DNA of 64,000 nucleotides from a virus (Duplodnaviria; Heunggongvirae; Uroviricota; Caudoviricetes): IMG/VR virus record IMGVR_UViG_3300037067_007156, positions 301,519 to 365,518 of that record; one strand, 5' to 3'. Shown piece by piece: positions 30,538 to 40,835 of this stretch (position 1 is its first letter; each line of letters starts with the position of its first letter). The notes under the pieces were generated by a model. It saw only the letters and a program-made list of their open reading frames with translations, ran no database searches and was not told where the DNA came from. The position numbers and the translations under genes were made by a program.

Positions 30538-31230
30538 TTGTTCATGGATTATAGTAAATTGCTTTTTTTTGATATTGAAACCGTTGGTAAATATAAGGAT
30601 GTGGATGAATTGAAGAAATTCGACAAAAGACTTTTTAAATTATTAGAAAAAAAATTCAAAAACTCTGGTGATAAAGAGCGATGGGATAGTGAAACTATTG
30701 AGGAATTATATCTTAGAATGTCACCACTTATACCAGAATATGGAAAAATTGTATGTGTCAGTTTAGGATATACTGATGAAACCAACAAATGGATAATACA
30801 GTCTTATACTGGGAATGAAATAGATATATTAGAAAATATTCAAAAAATATTTTTAAAATCTGGTAAAACAGGGTTCGTGCCATGTGGATATAACATAGTT
30901 TTGTTTGATTTACCTTGGATAAACAAAAAAATGATTAAATATGGATTAAGAATACCTTATAATATTCAATTGTTCGATAAGAAACCTTGGACAACAGGTG
31001 TGTTTGATTTATCTGATGCATGGAAAACAACTGGGCGATATTGGAGTTCATTAGATGAGGTGACATATGAACTCGATTTACCTTCCCCTAAAGGTGAATT
31101 ATCCGGTGATAAAGTACATTATACATATTGGGTGGAAGGTGATATTAAAAAGATTGCTAAATATTGTGAAGGTGATGTATTTGCATTAAAAGGTATGTGG
31201 GATAAATTATCTAAGTGTATTACCGTGTAA
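30538..31230 (+). CDS. 3'-5' exonuclease (DnaQ / PolB-exo-like)
   Basis: ExoI FFDIET, ExoII GYNIVLFDLP, ExoIII YCEGDV. Confidence 0.88.
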   Translation: MFMDYSKLLFFDIETVGKYKDVDELKKFDKRLFKLLEKKFKNSGDKERWDSETIEELYLRMSPLIPEYGKIVCVSLGYTDETNKWIIQSYTGNEIDILENIQKIFLKSGKTGFVPCGYNIVLFDLPWINKKMIKYGLRIPYNIQLFDKKPWTTGVFDLSDAWKTTGRYWSSLDEVTYELDLPSPKGELSGDKVHYTYWVEGDIKKIAKYCEGDVFALKGMWDKLSKCITV

Positions 31231-31247
31231 AAAATAATTATAAAAAT

Positions 31248-31616
31248 ATGTCAAAAAGTATCGTTCATTTAAAAAAGGAATTAACAAATAATATCACATA
31301 TGCTGAAAAACATATTGTGATGTGTTATAAAGAAATGAAATTTTATAATAAACTTCCTAATGATTGTACTGGTTTTAAATTACCAGATGATACAATATGT
31401 GAAAACAAAGATTATAAAATAGATGCCCTTACAAATTACCAACACCAGATTGGTTACATGGAATGTTTAAAAAATTATAGTAAAGATATTTTGGATTTGT
31501 TAAACATGACTGATACTCAATTTGAAATTCATATGCAAGAACAAGCATTAATAGATGAACACAATCGTCAAGAGTTGGCGAGGGTAAAAGCAAAAGTTTT
31601 TGGCAAGAAAAAATAA
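31248..31616 (+). CDS. hypothetical protein
   Basis: ORF, probable start MSKS. Confidence 0.6.
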   Translation: MSKSIVHLKKELTNNITYAEKHIVMCYKEMKFYNKLPNDCTGFKLPDDTICENKDYKIDALTNYQHQIGYMECLKNYSKDILDLLNMTDTQFEIHMQEQALIDEHNRQELARVKAKVFGKKK

Positions 31617-31626
31617 AAATAAACAT

Positions 31627-31830
31627 ATGGACTTTTTAACGTTAATATTGATAATAATAGCAACATATGTACTTATATTATGGGATTTCACTCTAAGTTA
31701 TTCAAATGGTAAAAAAGAATATAAGATTGAATATAATGGGTTGCTGTGGGTTGGACTTGATTACTGGTCAATTTGTAAGTATAAAAGCAGTGATAAACCT
31801 ATAAAATGGATTAATATCACTCGCTCATAA
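31627..31830 (+). CDS. small membrane protein
   Basis: MDFLTLILIIIATYVLILW. Confidence 0.55.
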   Translation: MDFLTLILIIIATYVLILWDFTLSYSNGKKEYKIEYNGLLWVGLDYWSICKYKSSDKPIKWINITRS

Positions 31831-32048
31831 TTATGGTAAACAAAGATATTCAGAAAAAGCTTTTTAGTTTTAGATATTTAAATAGTGATAATAAAGGTAA
31901 TTATTTAAATAATATTAAAATCGATTTAGAGGAAGAGCGTAATCATTTTCTTAATACTAAAGGTGATTCTGAATTATATCATTTATATCGATTAGCTTAT
32001 GATTGTTATCTGGCTAAAAATAATGACAAAGTAGAACAATCTTTTTAT

Positions 32049-33388
32049 ATTTTTCATGAAAGAAAACCACGAAATCTTTAGTTTCGTGGATGAATTTCAA
32101 AATAAAATGATTTTTTAATTTTAATATATACTTTACAGAAAAAGAATTAAATCTATAAAATGTTAAAGTCTTTTAAATATAGAATATATCCAGATGAATT
32201 TCAAAAAGAATTATTGACAAATATTTTTGGTCAAGTGAGATTTGTATATAATTATGGGTTGGAGATGAAAATATCAGCTTATGCAAAAGATAAAACTAAT
32301 ATAGATTGTTTTGATATAATTAAAAAAATAAAAATATTAAAAGATGGTGAATATAATTGGTTATCGTTATCACCTTCACAGGCATTACAAATGACAATAA
32401 GAAATTTAGACAATGCATATACGAATTTCTTTAAAGGAAGTGGTTTTCCTAAATTTAAAAACAAACATGGGAAACAAACATTTCAATTACCACAGGGAGT
32501 AAGATTAAGTGAGAATAATAAACAAATATTTATACCAAAATTAAAATATATTGATATTGATTTACATAGAGAATTTAAGGGTGAAATAAAGACTGTAACT
32601 ATAAGTAAGTCAACAACAAACAAATATTATATAAGTGTTTTAGTTGAAACAAACATAGAAAAACCGATTAAAAAAGAAATAATTGAAACTACTTCAGTAG
32701 GTGTAGATTTAGGAATAAAAGATTTTGCAATTACATCAGACGGAAAGAAATTCGAGAACAAAGATTTCTTAAAATCAACATTAAAAAAGTTAAAGGTAGA
32801 ACAAAGGTCATTGTCAAAAAAAAAGAAAGGAAGTAACCATTATTTAAAACAAAAAATGGTTGTATCGTTATTACATGAACACATTAGAAATCAGAGGATT
32901 GATTATTTACATAAGATTAGTAAATATCTTGTAGATAATTATGATACAATTTGTATTGAAGACCTTAATGTAAAGGGAATGTCAGCAACTTGTAAGCCAA
33001 AGCAAGATGAAAACGGTAAATACATCCCAAATGGTCAGTCAGCTAAAAGTGGATTAAATAAAGCTATATTGGATATGGGTTGGAATGAATTTAAAATAAT
33101 GCTTGAATATAAATGTGATTGGTATGGAAAAAATTTATCTATTATTGGAAGGTTTGACCCATCAAGTAAAACTTGTTCTGATTGTGGTTATATAAATAAA
33201 GATTTGACATTAAAAGATAGAGAATGGATGTGTCCGAAATGTGGTTCATTACTTGATAGAGATGTAAACGCAGCAAAAAATATTAAAATTTTTGGGTTGA
33301 GGAACAAACCCAGCATTACTCAAAGTAAGTCAATAGACTATGCTTGTAATGTAGAAACCACTGAATCTTTAGTTTAGTGGTGGTTCAT
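32049..33388 (+). mobile_element. IS200/IS605-family non-autonomous TnpB element
   Basis: TTTAT target 5' of the element, subterminal hairpins CCACGAAATCTTTAGTTTCGTGG and CCACTGAATCTTTAGTTTAGTGG, TCAT right end, no tnpA. Confidence 0.85.
32160..33377 (+). CDS. tnpB: RNA-guided endonuclease TnpB
   Basis: KYRIYP HTH, RuvC GVDLG / IEDL / DRDVNAA, zinc ribbon CSDCG..CPKCG. Confidence 0.95.
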   Translation: MLKSFKYRIYPDEFQKELLTNIFGQVRFVYNYGLEMKISAYAKDKTNIDCFDIIKKIKILKDGEYNWLSLSPSQALQMTIRNLDNAYTNFFKGSGFPKFKNKHGKQTFQLPQGVRLSENNKQIFIPKLKYIDIDLHREFKGEIKTVTISKSTTNKYYISVLVETNIEKPIKKEIIETTSVGVDLGIKDFAITSDGKKFENKDFLKSTLKKLKVEQRSLSKKKKGSNHYLKQKMVVSLLHEHIRNQRIDYLHKISKYLVDNYDTICIEDLNVKGMSATCKPKQDENGKYIPNGQSAKSGLNKAILDMGWNEFKIMLEYKCDWYGKNLSIIGRFDPSSKTCSDCGYINKDLTLKDREWMCPKCGSLLDRDVNAAKNIKIFGLRNKPSITQSKSIDYACNVETTESLV

Positions 33389-33477
33389 GGTTTTATATTG
33401 AGAGATGATGATTATTATTTACAACAAGCAAAAAATATAATTCGAAAAAATAAAATAAAACAGATATTTATCTAAGT

Positions 33478-33774
33478 ATGAGTAATCTTACAGATACTAT
33501 CAAAGAACTCGAAAATTTAAATTCATTATCTGAAGAAAGATTAAAAATATATACAGAAATTTTTAGAAATACAGGTAATGGTTGTAGAGATATTTTTCTA
33601 TATTTAAAAGCATATTCTTTATATTTAAATGCTTTAACTGGTAATAATTCTAAAAAATTAACATTTTATGCATTTTTAACACATGTAACAAGTAAATTAG
33701 ATTTTTATTTAAAAATTGCTAAAACAGAAGAAAGAAAAAATAAAATTAAAAACGTATTTGGTAATATATTTTAA
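33478..33774 (+). CDS. hypothetical protein with C-terminal tag
   Basis: Ends ERKNKIKNVFGNIF. Confidence 0.7.
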   Translation: MSNLTDTIKELENLNSLSEERLKIYTEIFRNTGNGCRDIFLYLKAYSLYLNALTGNNSKKLTFYAFLTHVTSKLDFYLKIAKTEERKNKIKNVFGNIF

Positions 33775-33824
33775 TATATAATGTAATACATTTTAAAAAT
33801 TATATTTAAAAATAAAAATATTAA

Positions 33825-34199
33825 ATGATTAACGTATTATATGTAGAAGATGATGCAGTGTTTCGAGGTTTGGTGTGTGATATTTTTAAATATAATGAAG
33901 ATTTTTCGATAGTTTGTGCGAAATCTGGTCAAGAAGGTATCGATATGGCATTAGAAAAAAATTATGATATTATAATCATGGATATAATGATGCCAGATAT
34001 TGATGGTTGGAAAGTGACTAAAAAAATTCGAGAAACTAAACCAGATAGTGTTGTTATAGCTTTATCAGCATTGAGTGTAAAAGATTTGGATGGTAATAGT
34101 ATATTTGATGAACATATTAGAAAACCTATCCGAGGATATGAATTCAAAAACACATTAAAAGAAGTTGCAATTCAAAAAGGCATGTGGAGTAAAGAATGA
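33825..34199 (+). CDS. single-domain response regulator (CheY-like receiver)
   Basis: VLYVEDD, IMDIMMPDIDG, ALSA, RKP. Confidence 0.92.
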   Translation: MINVLYVEDDAVFRGLVCDIFKYNEDFSIVCAKSGQEGIDMALEKNYDIIIMDIMMPDIDGWKVTKKIRETKPDSVVIALSALSVKDLDGNSIFDEHIRKPIRGYEFKNTLKEVAIQKGMWSKE

Positions 34200-34208
34200 G
34201 TGTAAACA

Positions 34209-34556
34209 TCATTTAATTTGATAATTCATTTTTACAACAGAAAAAAACATGTAATGATGAATATCAAATAAAATATAATTATTAAAAACTGAATTCTTAT
34301 TCTTTTTTAATGCTAATTTTATTTCATTGTTTAATTTCGTTGATGCCATAAGTATAGCATATTCTTCGAAAATTCGAGTTGATTTAAAAATAATATACAG
34401 ATTATTTTTTTCTATACAGATTGTTGGTCGGAATAAAACGAACCAGTGGAGTTTTTGTTTTATTGTTGTGGGATTAAATTGTATATTATTAAATTCAACT
34501 GTTTGTGCAGCTACACGCATTGGCAGTGATGAACTATTCGACGGAGTGTGAAACAT
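34209..34556 (-). CDS. hypothetical protein
   Basis: ORF; LPMRVAAQTV weakly resembles the capsid-like segment of 11076-11360. Confidence 0.45.
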   Translation of the reverse strand: MFHTPSNSSSLPMRVAAQTVEFNNIQFNPTTIKQKLHWFVLFRPTICIEKNNLYIIFKSTRIFEEYAILMASTKLNNEIKLALKKNKNSVFNNYILFDIHHYMFFSVVKMNYQIK

Positions 34557-34558
34557 TT

Positions 34559-34813
34559 TTATAAATTAAATAACCTTGAAAAGAATCCTCTATTATCTTT
34601 TAATTTTAATTGTATATTCAAATTATTAATAGTGGCTTCTAACCGTTCTATTTTAGCTTTAAGTAATTCTATATTTTTAGTTTTAATTTCTACTATTTCT
34701 TCTTCTTGTTTAAGTCGTCTTTGAAGCGTTTCAACTAATTCCACATAAGACTTATTTAAATCTTTTTCCGTTGAATAGTATTTTAATATCGAAACAACCC
34801 TTTTATCTAACAT
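34559..34813 (-). CDS. coiled-coil protein with amphipathic C-terminus
   Basis: Probable start MLDKR behind TATATTTG; ends RGFFSRLFNL. Confidence 0.6.
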   Translation of the reverse strand: MLDKRVVSILKYYSTEKDLNKSYVELVETLQRRLKQEEEIVEIKTKNIELLKAKIERLEATINNLNIQLKLKDNRGFFSRLFNL

Positions 34814-34891
34814 ATTCTTTTTGTTTACAAATATAACAAAAAAACCCAAGTTATATTATAACTTGGGAAAAAAATGATATAAAGTTAAATA

Positions 34892-35383
34892 TTAAAAAAC
34901 ACCTTTCAAACCTTCACCATCATTCTCATCATCAGCATATTTTCCATTAAATATTTCCTCATCGTCTTCATCATCTTCACTATATTTAACAGCACGACTA
35001 AAATCAATATCATATAAAACCACATCATATTCCATAAAGAATTTATTATCTTTAAAGAATTTATCTGTTGGTACTAATCCAACGTCATTAGCTCGTTTTG
35101 AAAGAACACTTACGGAATATTCGTTTCTCAATTCTTCTTTGGAATCGGTGTATTTAAAATCTTGTTCGGTTACATTAAACTGTATTGCGGTTGGTATAAT
35201 TTTGGTTGCTAAATATTTAGAATAGTCTAAAAATTCACCATTAACTTTATAAAAAATGTTTGTAGCTGGTGAAAAATTCATGTTAAGAATATTTTTAATA
35301 TCCTCTGTTACAGCATCGAATTCCGATTTTTCTGATTTGGATTCATGTAAATGAAAATTGCTAAAATTCAATATATGGTTCAT
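34892..35383 (-). CDS. acidic hypothetical protein, putative virion internal protein
   Basis: N-terminus MNHILNFSNFHLHES; late-like promoter at 35403-35411. Confidence 0.6.
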   Translation of the reverse strand: MNHILNFSNFHLHESKSEKSEFDAVTEDIKNILNMNFSPATNIFYKVNGEFLDYSKYLATKIIPTAIQFNVTEQDFKYTDSKEELRNEYSVSVLSKRANDVGLVPTDKFFKDNKFFMEYDVVLYDIDFSRAVKYSEDDEDDEEIFNGKYADDENDGEGLKGVF

Positions 35384-35429
35384 ATAAATATTATTTTTTC
35401 TTTATATATTAAAAAAAAATAATATTTTT

Positions 35430-35885
35430 TTAATTTAAAGTTGCCATATAGAGATAAAGTTGAGGCTTTACAATTTTAAGTATTTGTTCACTATTAACAA
35501 AAATTCGTGTTATTTCTTTTATTACATCTTCAATTACAGCTAATATATTTGTGTGATATTCTTCTATTTTGAATTTATTATCAACCAAATATGTGTTCTT
35601 AACAACATAATCAGAATTACTTTTTATTTTAAATGGTTGATATATTTTTTTACATTCTGATATAGATATATTACTATTATATTTATTTCCTAAACAGGTT
35701 TTATGAACAACATCTATTAATTGTTTAGGATATATATTTAAAGTTAAATATAAGGGATGATATATATTTTCTTTAATTATTTTACCTGTACTAATATCAA
35801 TTGTTTTATTTTTTAAATTTTTTAAATCAGAGTTATAATACCAATTAATTTTATAATTGTATTTGTCTATCATTAAGCATTCCAT
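35430..35885 (-). CDS. hypothetical protein
   Basis: ORF. Confidence 0.55.
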   Translation of the reverse strand: MECLMIDKYNYKINWYYNSDLKNLKNKTIDISTGKIIKENIYHPLYLTLNIYPKQLIDVVHKTCLGNKYNSNISISECKKIYQPFKIKSNSDYVVKNTYLVDNKFKIEEYHTNILAVIEDVIKEITRIFVNSEQILKIVKPQLYLYMATLN

Positions 35886-35967
35886 ACGTTTTTCGTATTA
35901 TTTTTTGTATTTAAATTTTGTATTTAAATATAATGGGAAGGTATAACTTTTTTGGAAAAATACAAAT

Positions 35968-36753
35968 TTAAATATTAATATTTTCTATTTTTATTTTTCG
36001 CAATAAACACTTATCATACACCAAATTAATATAACCATTAGAGTGATTAATTGAAATTGGTATTTTTGTGATAGAAAAATTATCACATTTTAAAGATATA
36101 GTATTAATTTCTGGATGGTAATAAAATGCAGATTTTCCAGTAAAAGCATCTAAAGGTATTTTTCTTAGTGCTTCGGGAAAATAAAAAGTATTATAATTTT
36201 TAAGATAAAACTTTTGAGATTCCATATTATAGCATATATCACCAACCTCACAAATCCAATCTTGACGAATTATAAATGGTGTGTATAAAGTTAATTTATC
36301 CCTATTTATATATGCTGAATCATCATAGTTATTAAAAATAGTAAAACTCATCTTTGTTTCTACATCAACTAATAATGAAGAACCATATGAATCATATTCT
36401 TTTAATAATCTAAACCAGTGTTTATTTACTATTTGGTATGTATCTAAGCAACTTTGAAAAGAAAGATAACCAAACTTAATTAAAATTTCATGTATATTTT
36501 CATAAATATCATCTATTTCTTTTTGATGCGGTTGTACTTCATCATTAAGACCGGAAAAATCCATGAGAATTTTATCTATATTTTCTTTTTTCCATATCGT
36601 TGGATTATAATCACGATGAAGTGTATGTACAATATAAAATGTAATATAATCTTGGTTATATAGTTTTCTAAATTCATAATTCTTATCTACAACGACTTTT
36701 AAATTATCGTTAAATAATTTCACAAATTCATTTAGTAATATCAGACTATTCAT
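35968..36753 (-). CDS. hypothetical protein with C-terminal tag
   Basis: Ends LRKIKIENINI. Confidence 0.65.
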   Translation of the reverse strand: MNSLILLNEFVKLFNDNLKVVVDKNYEFRKLYNQDYITFYIVHTLHRDYNPTIWKKENIDKILMDFSGLNDEVQPHQKEIDDIYENIHEILIKFGYLSFQSCLDTYQIVNKHWFRLLKEYDSYGSSLLVDVETKMSFTIFNNYDDSAYINRDKLTLYTPFIIRQDWICEVGDICYNMESQKFYLKNYNTFYFPEALRKIPLDAFTGKSAFYYHPEINTISLKCDNFSITKIPISINHSNGYINLVYDKCLLRKIKIENINI

Positions 36754-37060
36754 TGAAAATGCTATCTAATTTTTTCTTCCGTGTTATTTTTATAACATTT
36801 GGTGTGTTTAAATTTACAACAAAATTTTCTAAAATGTGTCTTTGGGTTTTTAAAATGTGTCCGATTACATCATCATGAGTTTTTTCAAAACTTTCAAGAT
36901 AATTCAATAAATCTTTAGCTTTATTAACAAATTCATATCTTTCTTTAGTAACTTGAGTAGCATCGACAGTATCATCGTTGTATACGTCAATGATATTACG
37001 AACTTTTAACATCAATTCCTTATCATCTTTACTCAGTCTATCCCAGTACACTTTTATCAT
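36746..37060 (-). CDS. hypothetical protein with C-terminal tag
   Basis: Ends TRKKKLDSIFNE. Confidence 0.7.
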   Translation of the reverse strand: MIKVYWDRLSKDDKELMLKVRNIIDVYNDDTVDATQVTKERYEFVNKAKDLLNYLESFEKTHDDVIGHILKTQRHILENFVVNLNTPNVIKITRKKKLDSIFNE

Positions 37061-37064
37061 GTCC

Positions 37065-38444
37065 TTACTTACGTCTTCTTTCGTTTTGTGTTGCCTTACG
37101 ATGTTTCTTTTCTTCTTTTCTTTCTTTCCAAGTCATTTGTTTACCAGCATCTTTTATATTTAATATTGGCTTAATTTTATCCAATATAGTTGCAGTCGGC
37201 TCGATAGCTGCTTCTATCACCGATGATTTCTTGTAAGCAAATGGTGATTCATCCAAAGTTTCTTTACAAACAGTAGTGGAATAAACACCTTTCATAGTTT
37301 CTTGAAATTTTTTCAAATCAACTTTTTGTTTAGCTTCACCTCTTGACATAACTCTACCAGCTCCATGTGGAGCTGAAAAATTCCAATCAGCATTAGACTT
37401 ACCTTCACATAAAAGAATACCATCACGCATATTAAGAGGTATAATCATCTTTTTACCTTCATATGATGATATTGCACCCTTACGTATAATAAAATCGTTA
37501 AAATCGATATAATTGTGAACAGTTTCAAATGTTTCAGTAAAATGTTTTACTTTAAGAACCTTTTGGATTATACCTAACATAATTTTACGACTCCACGAAG
37601 CATATAACTGGGTAAATATCATGTCATATAAATACCCCATCATATTATCACCAGATAAAAAAGCATCATTTCTGTTTATACCAAGATTAAAAGATTTTTT
37701 TAATTCTTTTATTTTTTCTGGTATAAGTTTTTTATCGACTGTGTTCTGAATAATATTATCCAATTTTTGATTATATTCTTTGGTTGGTTTGGATATTGAA
37801 TCCTCAGCAACCTTTGTCCAATAATTAGCCACCTTTAATCCAAAATTACGACTTCCTGAATGAATTGTTACCCAATATTCTTTTGAACCAGAACCTAATT
37901 CTATGAAATGGTTTCCACCGCCAAGTGTTCCAATTGAGTTGTAAAATATTAAATCTGAAATTCCAATATCATTTAATTTCTGGTCTAACCATTCTTGGTT
38001 ATAAGTAGGAGATTTGTATAGTGTTCCAAATTTTTTATTAAATTCAATAGTAAACAAATCAGCTATTCTCTGCGGTTCATTAAAAGGTATATTTCCGAAA
38101 ACGTTTTCTTGGTGAATGTTTACACCAGTCGGAACGTTTTCTATTATTTTGGAATTTATTTTTTCCAAATCCATACGAGTAGTCTTTGGAAAGCTTGCAG
38201 TTAACATTCCACAATTTATGTCAACCCCTATCATATTTGGTATTAACCCGTTATTTATATCTAATGGCATGGTAAATCCAATGACGGCGTTTTTCCCCTC
38301 ATGAACGTCAACCATTATTCTAACAGGGACACCAGTGGATATAGGATGATTTAATATTCTTATGATAGTTGAAATAGCCTGTGGTTCAACATCGTCTATA
38401 AATATTTTGCAATCTTTGTTGTATTTTCCTTGTAGTTCTAACAT
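37065..38444 (-). CDS. rtcB: RtcB-family RNA ligase
   Basis: DVHEG, GVDINCG, GTLGGGNHFIE, HSGSR, HNY, SAPHGAGR, DESPFAYK. Confidence 0.95.
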   Translation of the reverse strand: MLELQGKYNKDCKIFIDDVEPQAISTIIRILNHPISTGVPVRIMVDVHEGKNAVIGFTMPLDINNGLIPNMIGVDINCGMLTASFPKTTRMDLEKINSKIIENVPTGVNIHQENVFGNIPFNEPQRIADLFTIEFNKKFGTLYKSPTYNQEWLDQKLNDIGISDLIFYNSIGTLGGGNHFIELGSGSKEYWVTIHSGSRNFGLKVANYWTKVAEDSISKPTKEYNQKLDNIIQNTVDKKLIPEKIKELKKSFNLGINRNDAFLSGDNMMGYLYDMIFTQLYASWSRKIMLGIIQKVLKVKHFTETFETVHNYIDFNDFIIRKGAISSYEGKKMIIPLNMRDGILLCEGKSNADWNFSAPHGAGRVMSRGEAKQKVDLKKFQETMKGVYSTTVCKETLDESPFAYKKSSVIEAAIEPTATILDKIKPILNIKDAGKQMTWKERKEEKKHRKATQNERRRK

Positions 38445-38492
38445 AATATGTAAATTTAAACAAAAATAATGATTTTTTAATTAACAAAAAAA

Positions 38493-39260
38493 TTATATAT
38501 GTTTTAATCTATATAATCTCATTTTAACACTTTCTTTTGTTCTATTTAAATGAAACATAGATTCTTGAATATCATGATTTAATATATAATTATCTTCTAA
38601 TAATGACCAGTTATTCCTATTAATCTTATTCTCTGGTCTTTCCCATTTTATTATATTCTTCTTTATATTTTCTTTTCTTTCTAAACAAATACAATTTTCA
38701 TAATATAGAATGTGCGATAATATTTGGGCATCTTCATTCGTAATCATTATATTATACATATCATCTCTTTTATTTCTCGAAGTCGTTTTTATTTTATTTA
38801 AATATTTTTTAATAAAATCAATAAAAAAATTAGCTAAATTTTCACTTTGAGTTGTGAAAGAAATAAAAGGTATATTTTCTTTTGTAAATCCCAAAGAACC
38901 ATCACCATCTATCATACCTCTTACAAAATCGATTTCTTTTATATTATTAGGGATAATTATTTTATCAGATTTCTTTCCAGCTTTAAAACCCAAATTCTTT
39001 AATTCGTTTCTAAAATTTAAATCGTAAAAATTTAAAATAGAAGAAGTATAATTTTTTGAAAAATTTGTATTTCTGGTTCTACCAGTTAATGTGAAATTTA
39101 TATCAAATAATTCACTTATTTTTTCTAAAATATCGACATCTTTGTTTGATAATTCAAATGATATTTTACCTCTGTTTCTACTTTGTTCGTATAATGTTCC
39201 ATCAGTAACAAAGAAACCGATGAAATAAGAATGTTTTGGATTTTGTGTGTCTATCATCAA
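38493..39260 (-). CDS. LAGLIDADG homing endonuclease, free-standing
   Basis: Two motifs YFIGFFVTDG and FVRGMIDGDG. Confidence 0.85.
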   Translation of the reverse strand: MMIDTQNPKHSYFIGFFVTDGTLYEQSRNRGKISFELSNKDVDILEKISELFDINFTLTGRTRNTNFSKNYTSSILNFYDLNFRNELKNLGFKAGKKSDKIIIPNNIKEIDFVRGMIDGDGSLGFTKENIPFISFTTQSENLANFFIDFIKKYLNKIKTTSRNKRDDMYNIMITNEDAQILSHILYYENCICLERKENIKKNIIKWERPENKINRNNWSLLEDNYILNHDIQESMFHLNRTKESVKMRLYRLKHI

Positions 39261-39300
39261 ACATATACTTGTTTTTAAGTATATATTTGATTTGGTGAGT

Positions 39301-40158
39301 TCATTCCGGTGAATTATAATTTTTCAAAGTTTCAACTGTGATTTCTTGTAAAGATGATAATATTTCTTCTGTGTATTTAGTGATAATTTTTTTTGTATTT
39401 TCTTCTTCTAAAGAATCAATGGCTTGATAAACATTTTCAACCCCATCCGAATCTGGTTTTTGATTATTTTTTACATATTCATTTATATATTTATTTTGAG
39501 CATATTTGGCCGCTCTTTCTTCTAACGTGGAAAAATTTGAAATTAATTTAATAGAAAAAATTTCGATTTCTTCTGATGAATATGGGTGACTTATTATAGA
39601 ATCATTCGGATTTAATAACGTATATTTTAACATTTTATTATTCAAAACTTTGTCCCACGATTTTCTTCGAATATTCCAATTTTTTTCAGTTATATCTTCT
39701 GGTTTATCTGTATTATTCCAATAACCATAATTTTTAAAATATTTTTTTAATAAATCAAAATATTCTCTATATTCATAATATGGGTATATGAATATTTTCT
39801 TATTAGCTGGTGCAAAAAGAATACTTAAATCGAAATCATATGAAACATCTCGTTCTAAAGAATTTAAAACATTTTTACATCTTTTATTTATTAAATTTAC
39901 CAAATTTACAAGAAGTGAATTATTTCCACTTAAAATGTTAGTTATGTCTTTCTCATCTATTTTTCTTTTAAAATCATTTATTATATATTCTCTGGTTGAC
40001 TTATTATCAAAATAATACTGGTATTTTTGAGCTATTAATTTTATAACTAAATCATCTTTTATTGATTTGGATTCAGAATTGATTTGTTCTATGACTTTAT
40101 AGAATTTTGTCAGGTTATCCGATTCGAATATCATACCGTCATATATCTTAGTACTCAC
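39301..40158 (-). CDS. hypothetical phage protein
   Basis: MSTKIYDG...YGYWNNTDKPE. Confidence 0.7.
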   Translation of the reverse strand: MSTKIYDGMIFESDNLTKFYKVIEQINSESKSIKDDLVIKLIAQKYQYYFDNKSTREYIINDFKRKIDEKDITNILSGNNSLLVNLVNLINKRCKNVLNSLERDVSYDFDLSILFAPANKKIFIYPYYEYREYFDLLKKYFKNYGYWNNTDKPEDITEKNWNIRRKSWDKVLNNKMLKYTLLNPNDSIISHPYSSEEIEIFSIKLISNFSTLEERAAKYAQNKYINEYVKNNQKPDSDGVENVYQAIDSLEEENTKKIITKYTEEILSSLQEITVETLKNYNSPE

Positions 40159-40532
40159 AGTATACTTTTTATTTTTTGTTTTCTATAAAATTTTTTTAAA
40201 TATTCATCATCAGTTTGAGCTGGGTATTTATTTCTAAATAAAAAATAACAGAAATATATAATTGGTAGCACTGTTATAAATATCGGAAAAAATTTAAGAT
40301 TTTTTAATGATAAATTTGATGTAATTTTAACTGTAAATAATAAGGATAATATTATCCATACTAAATAAGAAATACCTATAATAAGATAATAAGTATTATG
40401 AATTAGAAATAATGATATTGTTAATATTACAATTTGATATATTATTGATACATAAAATAAGATAGAAGCATGTTTATTTATTTTAAAAAACAATTCACTA
40501 CCAGCATTTATTGTTTTTATTTTAATTCCCAT
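40155..40532 (-). CDS. membrane protein with C-terminal tag
   Basis: Three hydrophobic segments; ends YRKQKIKSIL. Confidence 0.7.
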   Translation of the reverse strand: MGIKIKTINAGSELFFKINKHASILFYVSIIYQIVILTISLFLIHNTYYLIIGISYLVWIILSLLFTVKITSNLSLKNLKFFPIFITVLPIIYFCYFLFRNKYPAQTDDEYLKKFYRKQKIKSIL

Positions 40533-40546
40533 TTTATTTTTGATTA

Positions 40547-40831
40547 TTAAATTAAACCTTTTTGTTTAGCTTTACTATACAAATCTACAAATTTCTTGTA
40601 ATATTCCATACGTTTGTTATCTAATTCTTTTAATTGAACAATATCTTCAATTGTTTTCAATTGATACCTATTAATTTCTGAATTTTCCAGTGAAGAACGT
40701 GTCATTCCTCCATAATCATCGTTATTAGAACTTTTTGAATTTGTTGTGTGCTCTTTCACAAATTCATCATATATTTTACATATACGTTCGTATTCAGCTT
40801 GAGCTAATCTCATTTCTTCAAGTTTATTCAT
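40547..40831 (-). CDS. hypothetical protein
   Basis: ORF within operon. Confidence 0.6.
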   Translation of the reverse strand: MNKLEEMRLAQAEYERICKIYDEFVKEHTTNSKSSNNDDYGGMTRSSLENSEINRYQLKTIEDIVQLKELDNKRMEYYKKFVDLYSKAKQKGLI

Positions 40832-40835
40832 ATTG

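Larger units (their letters stand above)
31833..33475 (+). pseudogene. tagged small gene split by the TnpB element
   Basis: Joining 32048 to 33389 gives in-frame ...VEQSFY|GFILRDDDYYLQQAKNIIRKNKIKQIFI*. Confidence 0.75.

Noticed and set aside
38493-39260. LAGLIDADG gene as part of a group I intron or intein
   Set aside because: Flanking genes look intact and no intron core was recognised; treated as free-standing.
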